Positions 34,296 through 39,778 of a stretch of DNA of 39,778 bases are shown piece by piece. Location: contig RGVC01000001.1 in NCBI GenBank assembly GCA_010027485.1, positions 1 to 39,778 of the forward strand, in the 5' to 3' direction. The DNA is from a bacterium (lineage in GTDB: Bacteria; Patescibacteriota; Saccharimonadia; Saccharimonadales; UBA4665). Each line of letters begins with the position of its first letter. Position 1 is the first letter of the stretch. Below the pieces are notes generated by a model. That model was not told the DNA's origin. It made no database searches and worked only from the letters and a program-made list of their open reading frames with translations. The translations under genes were made by a program, and so were the position numbers.

Positions 34296-35668
34296 AAAAA
34301 TGAATATACAGCTGCAACTGCAGCTACGGCCATGAGCCCAGTAGTAACCCAGCCTACTATAGTTGTAAAAGGCTTATTTACCCAGCGACCCATAATCTTT
34401 TTATTGCTACTAATTATTACTATGAGAGCCAAAATAATTGGCGCAACTAGACCGTTAATGAACGCAGAATATATCAAGGCCTTGAATGGATCAATGCCTA
34501 AGAAATTAAGACCCATTCCAATTATTAAAGAAATAATTATTATTCCGTAAAATGCATAGGCTTGTTTTAGATTATGGCTCATGCCTTGGCGCCAACGCAT
34601 GCTTTCACTGAGAGCGTAACTAGAAGAAGTAGCTAATACCGGTATAGCCAATAGACCGGTGCCAATGATGCCGGCCGCAAATAAATAATAAGTTGAATTG
34701 CCGGCAAAAGGCCTTAGAGCTTCGGCTGCTTGGGCAGCCGATTGAATATCTCTAATACCGTTGGCGTAAAGTATTCCGCCACATGTTGCAATAATGAAAA
34801 ACATCACTATTTGACTTAAAAACATGCCTGTCCAGACGTCTATTCGCATTTTTTTAATATCACCAGTAGCAGTTGCAGTTCTCCGCTGAACTACGGTGTT
34901 TTTGCCGTCTAAAATTTGAGTTTCTACTTCTTGAGAGGTTTGCCAAAAAAACAAATACGGTGAAATTGTGGTACCAAGTGCAGCACAAATAAGAATTAGA
35001 GAGTCTTTAGTAAATCCAAAATGAGGTACAAAACCCTTGTGTAACACTTCTTGCCAATTTAAGTGAGCAAAAATTGCCGAAAAAATGTAAGCAACTAATA
35101 CTAGCGCAAGCCATTTTAAGTATTTGGCGTACCGCGCATATGGCGTAAAAATTTGTAGCAATAAACTAAATACAGTAAATCCTAAAACCATCATTCCGAA
35201 ATTCAAGCTCGGTCGTATGAGCTGAGCAGCTTTTGCCATAGCACCTAAATCGGCTCCGATGTTTATAACATTGGCCACAAAAAGCGCCATTGCGCATATA
35301 TAGATTACTCTTTTACTAAAATGACTCCTGATATTTGCAGCTAATCCCCTGCCCGTCACCAATCCAATACGAGCACACATTTCTTGGACGACTACGGCTA
35401 GCGGAAAAAGCCAGGCTGCTAGCCAAAGATAATGAAAACCATACTTAGCTCCTATTTGAGAATAGGTAGCAATACCAGAAGGATCATCGTCAGACGCACC
35501 GGTTGTAAGTCCGGGCCCAAGCATCCGCCAGTAATCCCCGCTTTTTTTCATCAATGCAGAGTTTGGAATTGAAGCTGTAATCCTCTGAGTGGTTTCTATG
35601 CTTCTATCTAGCATTTCCGCTGGAGCTTCAGCGCTTCTTTTGAGATAATCTGGTTGTTTTTTAGTCAT
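34292..35668 (-). CDS. NRAMP-like divalent metal cation transporter
   Basis: GPGL..GASDDDPSGIATYSQ, QEMCARIG and GTTISPY motifs; multiple TM helices. Confidence 0.9.
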   Translation of the reverse strand: MTKKQPDYLKRSAEAPAEMLDRSIETTQRITASIPNSALMKKSGDYWRMLGPGLTTGASDDDPSGIATYSQIGAKYGFHYLWLAAWLFPLAVVVQEMCARIGLVTGRGLAANIRSHFSKRVIYICAMALFVANVINIGADLGAMAKAAQLIRPSLNFGMMVLGFTVFSLLLQIFTPYARYAKYLKWLALVLVAYIFSAIFAHLNWQEVLHKGFVPHFGFTKDSLILICAALGTTISPYLFFWQTSQEVETQILDGKNTVVQRRTATATGDIKKMRIDVWTGMFLSQIVMFFIIATCGGILYANGIRDIQSAAQAAEALRPFAGNSTYYLFAAGIIGTGLLAIPVLATSSSYALSESMRWRQGMSHNLKQAYAFYGIIIISLIIGMGLNFLGIDPFKALIYSAFINGLVAPIILALIVIISSNKKIMGRWVNKPFTTIVGWVTTGLMAVAAVAAVYSFF

Positions 35669-35709
35669 TTTTTATTACTTTTCAACTAGTAGAGTTTATT
35701 ATATCAAAA

Positions 35710-36825
35710 TTAATCGTCAGCACACCTATTATTAATGACTGGTTGATTAATATTTTTTATCTTGGCGATTGCAATTATCGGGCTGATAGATTTGGACATC
35801 AACCCATAGCCGTTGGTGCTATTTGTTGATTCTGCAAAAGCCATGCCAACTACCCTATTATCCGAGTTGATTATTGGCCCACCTGAGTCGCCTGATTCTA
35901 GGTTTGTACTAATATCGTAAATTTCTCGTTTGACTATTTTGTCGTTAAAAATATTATTACTTTTTGCTAGAAAATGATTATTTATTTCACCATCTTTGAT
36001 TTTTAATGGTCCACCACCACTATATCCTAGCGATTTTATAGCACTACCATTGGTTTGTACCAGATTATCGAGCGGCAATTCCTTACCGGGTAATACGCTA
36101 GTTTTTAACAAAGCAAAATCTAAATTGGTATCTATGTAGACAACTTCACTAGAGTAAATTTTTGACTTAGTTTTTATGTGAGGGTTTTTAATACCCGCTA
36201 CAACATGAGCGTTGGTAGCAACAAGCGTGTCACTTACCTTAAAACCACTCCCAACTTTTAATTGCCCACAACCCTGAGAGATTATTTTGTAAATTGAGTC
36301 ATCAACACCTAAACTTTCCAGATTTTGTATGTTGGGCATATTTTCCTTGGATAATTTATAAGCCACATCGTCAATTACAATCGGTGCTGGAGTTGCAATG
36401 GAATTTAGCTTAGTAATAAATAAAGATTTATCGACTTGTTTTTGCAGGCCTGCATAAGGCAGGTTAAGCGACAATGCGCTTAATAACCAAACGCAAAAGA
36501 AAAGTACTAACAGTGAAAAAACAGATCCTAGGTACTTATCTAAGTTTAAATATTTCTTTGCAACAATCTTATGCTTTAAACGTACGCCAAAATATTCTCC
36601 AACAGTCAGAAAAATTATCCCTAAGACAAAAGCCATGATGATAACCAAGACTGATTTAGTAGAGCTACTCGCAGTATCGGTAATTACTTTTGTTTCAACA
36701 TAGGCGCCAATAGTAAGGCCAAAAAAGAACCCAACTGCAGAGCTAAAATTACGGATAAAACCTATATCTCTGCCGTAAAAAAAAGAACCGACTGCAACCA
36801 AAATGATTGCTGTATCGATGAGCAT
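35710..36825 (-). CDS. MarP-like membrane serine protease (CvpA membrane domain plus trypsin-like domain)
   Basis: Four N-terminal TM helices; TNAHVV, DFALL and GDSGGP catalytic motifs; two Cys residues. Confidence 0.88.
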   Translation of the reverse strand: MLIDTAIILVAVGSFFYGRDIGFIRNFSSAVGFFFGLTIGAYVETKVITDTASSSTKSVLVIIMAFVLGIIFLTVGEYFGVRLKHKIVAKKYLNLDKYLGSVFSLLVLFFCVWLLSALSLNLPYAGLQKQVDKSLFITKLNSIATPAPIVIDDVAYKLSKENMPNIQNLESLGVDDSIYKIISQGCGQLKVGSGFKVSDTLVATNAHVVAGIKNPHIKTKSKIYSSEVVYIDTNLDFALLKTSVLPGKELPLDNLVQTNGSAIKSLGYSGGGPLKIKDGEINNHFLAKSNNIFNDKIVKREIYDISTNLESGDSGGPIINSDNRVVGMAFAESTNSTNGYGLMSKSISPIIAIAKIKNINQPVINNRCADD

Positions 36826-36831
36826 TGGTTT

Positions 36832-37725
36832 CTAAAAGCTGCCTCTTAAGCCACCTACAACAAGCATTGCTATGCCGAACAAAATACAATAAATACCAAA
36901 GGGCCTGAGTGTTTGAGACTGGAAGTATTTATCGAGAAATTTTACGGAGATGTAGGCACTAATACCAGCTGCAAATGCGCCAGCTAATATTTGTCCATGC
37001 ACGCCGGCGGCAACTTGGTCGCTAAAAAATTCAGGTAATTTCAATATGCCAGCTCCAAGTATAACCGGCGTTGCTAATAAGAAAGAAAAACGGGCTGCAT
37101 CTTCGTGGTTTAGCCCACTTAGTAAGCCGCTCATCATAGTAATGCCAGAACGACTAATACCAGCAAACAAAGCACCTATTTGTGCTACTCCGATAATGGC
37201 TGCTCTTGGTAAATTCAGTTTAGTACTTACTCGAGAGGTTGTTTGACTAAAACTGTACCCATCACTCTTGATGTGGTTCTTTCTGATGTACTGTTCAGTT
37301 GCTAATAGTAAACAGCCATTAATAATCAGAAATATAATTGCTGAGAGTGGTTTTGCGAATTGTTTTCTGAGTGTATGTTCAAATGCTATGCCAATAATTC
37401 CAATAGGAATAGTTGCAAAGATCAAAAGCCAGGCTAGGCGTGCGTCTGGATTGTCTATTTTGCGTTTAGCTAAAGACCCAAAAAAACCTTTGATGATTCT
37501 TTTCCATATCTTCCAGTAAAAAATAATTAACGCAAACGAAGTAGCAAAATGAAGCGCTACTAAAAAGTACAAGAAAAAAGAATGATCTTGGGCTTGCGAT
37601 GAAGTAATGTTGTTCCAGCCGAATAACCAAGTAAGTACCACAGAGTGTCCAAGGCTCGAAATTGGAAATAGTTCAGTAAATCCCTGTAATATCCCAATTA
37701 GTATGGCCTGAAAAAAAGTAATCAT
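36832..37725 (-). CDS. uppP: Undecaprenyl-diphosphate phosphatase
   Basis: QGFTELFPISSLGH, GISRSG and AARFSFLL motifs. Confidence 0.95.
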   Translation of the reverse strand: MITFFQAILIGILQGFTELFPISSLGHSVVLTWLFGWNNITSSQAQDHSFFLYFLVALHFATSFALIIFYWKIWKRIIKGFFGSLAKRKIDNPDARLAWLLIFATIPIGIIGIAFEHTLRKQFAKPLSAIIFLIINGCLLLATEQYIRKNHIKSDGYSFSQTTSRVSTKLNLPRAAIIGVAQIGALFAGISRSGITMMSGLLSGLNHEDAARFSFLLATPVILGAGILKLPEFFSDQVAAGVHGQILAGAFAAGISAYISVKFLDKYFQSQTLRPFGIYCILFGIAMLVVGGLRGSF

Positions 37726-39119
37726 TAGCTTATTTTATCACCTTCTATGATATTTTCAGCTCCCATGCCTTTTTTATAGATAACCAAGCCTTGATTATTT
37801 TTTTGCCACTGCTTGAGTACGGGATCCAGAATTTTCCAGGTTTCCAGTACTTCTTCGTCGCTAGCAAATAATGACTGGTCATTTCTAAGTGCGTCAACTA
37901 GGACTCTTTCGTAGGCATCAACATTCATCTGCTCACCAAAACTATTTTTATATTCGAAGTATAGTTCTGCGTGTTTCATGAGAGTTTCAAAACCGGGCTC
38001 TTTAATAGCAAGGTCAAGATGGATGCCTTCACTAGGCTGCAATTTGAAGATTAATTTATTGCGAATTTCTTCGTGTGGAGTTTTGAATTCAATAACTATT
38101 TCAGTATTTTTTTGGCTTAAGCCCTTGCCTGTTTCAAGTACAATTTTAGTATTTTTCCACTTTGTAGATTTGTGTTTGAGCTCAATTTTGGCGTAAGTTT
38201 CTATAAAACTACCGGGGTTATTAATTTCATTTTTATAGCTATTATATTGTCCTCTCACAGCTTTAATGGGATCTGCAGGTTCAATGTTTTTAAGAAATTC
38301 CTGTTTATTTTTATGAATGTGTTGGCTGTCTAAGATTGCTGGATTATCCATTAGGGTGATGCATAGAAGTTGTAGTAAATGACTTTGAACTAGATCTCTA
38401 AGTGCACCAGTTTTTTCGTAAAAATCTGCTCGGCCCTCAATGCCTATTTCTTCGAAGGCACGAATAGTAACTTGATGAATGTGTTTATCATCCCAGAGCG
38501 ACTGAAAAATTGGATTATGCATTCGAAATGCCAAAAGATTTTGAGCAGTTTCTTTTGCTAAATAATGGTCTATTCGATAAATTTGATCTTCCTTGAAGCC
38601 TTTGTCTACCGTTTTAATCAATTCGGTAGCCGAATCTATATCATGACCAAAAGGTTTTTCAAGTAGTAGTTTAGTACGGGAATCATTGATGTGGTGTGCT
38701 CCAAGCTTTTCAACAATTACAGAATAAGCGTCGGATGGGGTCGACATGTAGATTAAACGATGTCGTTTTGTCTGGCCGTCTAAATTATCTAAAAATGCTT
38801 TTAGCTTTTCGAAATCTTCTGGATTGTCGGGGTTAAGCTGGAATGATTGAAGTGCTGTTTTAACTTTTTTCAAACCATCAGGGTCACATACCTTATCTTT
38901 TTCTAGTACACAAAGCTCCACTTCTTTGAGCAAATCCTCGCTTGTTAAACTTTTTCGACTGACTCCAATAATTACTGTATTGGCGGGAAGTACACCATGC
39001 CTCATTAAGTGATACAAGGCTGGCAATAATTTACGCCTACTCAAATCACCAGTTATTCCAAAAACTACTATTACCGGAGGGTCCTGAATTTTAAAAGGAA
39101 AAATAGCTGATTTATTCAT
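37725..39119 (-). CDS. zwf: Glucose-6-phosphate 1-dehydrogenase
   Basis: FGITGDLSRRKL, EKPFG, RIDHYLAKE and AYERVL motifs; start placed at the ATG at 39119. Confidence 0.96.
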   Translation of the reverse strand: MNKSAIFPFKIQDPPVIVVFGITGDLSRRKLLPALYHLMRHGVLPANTVIIGVSRKSLTSEDLLKEVELCVLEKDKVCDPDGLKKVKTALQSFQLNPDNPEDFEKLKAFLDNLDGQTKRHRLIYMSTPSDAYSVIVEKLGAHHINDSRTKLLLEKPFGHDIDSATELIKTVDKGFKEDQIYRIDHYLAKETAQNLLAFRMHNPIFQSLWDDKHIHQVTIRAFEEIGIEGRADFYEKTGALRDLVQSHLLQLLCITLMDNPAILDSQHIHKNKQEFLKNIEPADPIKAVRGQYNSYKNEINNPGSFIETYAKIELKHKSTKWKNTKIVLETGKGLSQKNTEIVIEFKTPHEEIRNKLIFKLQPSEGIHLDLAIKEPGFETLMKHAELYFEYKNSFGEQMNVDAYERVLVDALRNDQSLFASDEEVLETWKILDPVLKQWQKNNQGLVIYKKGMGAENIIEGDKIS

Positions 39120-39777
39120 GTTTTTCTTCACCCACCTGGTCACTATATAAATAAGCTTCTTTTAAGTCACGCAGTATAATAGCAGGCTTTTCGATGGCAC
39201 TATAACTACCCTCTGTCACCTCTTTGAGTGCTGTTATTTTGTTAAGTCCAAAGGCAAATGCATAAACAATGTCGAGTTCTTGAAGAAGCGTAAATGTAGT
39301 TGTAATACGATTGTAAGTTTCTGATTTATAGGCTGTTACATATCTTTCATTTTCAATTGCCGCATTAGAATTAGGTAAAATTCCAGCTATATGACAATCT
39401 TCCCCAATGCCTAGTAAACCAATAGTTAAATCGGCTCTACTTAAGTTATTTTCTATTATTTTTTCGTATTCTTTTGCCGTGTGTTCTAAATCGAGCCCAG
39501 ATTTTAGTACAGGAATTAGGTTGGCGCGTTTTGGGTTGAAACCGGCTATTAATAGTTGTTGAAAATTAGAATCTTGATGACCAGGTTCGCCGTAGCGTTC
39601 ATCAATCAGAGAAATAGTGAGTTGATCTGAGTGTTTTTCTGGAACTTCATTCATGATCTTAACTGCAGAATTTATGTTTGAGCCCCCACTAATAAGCCAA
39701 AGTATTTTCTTGCCTTCCACTAGAGAACTATTTAGCCTTGCCGATAAGTCACTGACGCCATCGCTGGGGTCAGTGCT
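39112..39777 (-). CDS. pgl: 6-phosphogluconolactonase, 5'-truncated by the window edge
   Basis: ISGGS, DERY, DSN and LGIGEDCHIAG motifs; frame open to the window end; upstream of zwf. Confidence 0.85.
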   Translation of the reverse strand, partial: STDPSDGVSDLSARLNSSLVEGKKILWLISGGSNINSAVKIMNEVPEKHSDQLTISLIDERYGEPGHQDSNFQQLLIAGFNPKRANLIPVLKSGLDLEHTAKEYEKIIENNLSRADLTIGLLGIGEDCHIAGILPNSNAAIENERYVTAYKSETYNRITTTFTLLQELDIVYAFAFGLNKITALKEVTEGSYSAIEKPAIILRDLKEAYLYSDQVGEEKHE

Positions 39778-39778
39778 T

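Noticed and set aside
2..37519. Other short alternative-frame and antisense ORFs in the supplied track
   Set aside because: They lie within well-supported genes and show no motifs of their own.

Overview
This is an AT-rich, tightly packed chromosomal window, most likely from a Patescibacteria (CPR) genome and probably Saccharimonadia/TM7. That placement is inferred from the gene complement, the reduced dcw cluster and frequent leaderless-type promoters. The window opens with a + strand dcw cluster (ftsI, mraY, ftsW, murG, ftsQ-like). A 546-bp convergent intergenic gap follows, containing a symmetric 11-6-11 dif-like site that KOPS-like octamers point toward from both sides, so the replication terminus is probably here. 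After it come mostly minus-strand housekeeping and envelope genes: a sigma70-r4/HARE-HTH protein, topA, dprA, pth, der, a pseudouridine synthase, a two-component pair, a deacetylase/GT2 pair, gltX, a sortase, xth, pyrH, a membrane-anchored Clp ATPase, an ABC transporter, an NRAMP transporter, a MarP-like protease, uppP, zwf and pgl. There are three tRNAs (Glu-CTC, Leu-CAA, Ser-GGA). The most striking unexplained element is a roughly 400-nt, ORF-free, heavily base-paired transcription unit (about 11510-11910) with its own near-consensus promoter, a leader motif shared with the tRNA-Glu leader, and a strong terminator. It is a candidate large structured ncRNA that I cannot assign to RNase P, tmRNA or another family I recognise. 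All alignments, pairings and counts were done by eye.
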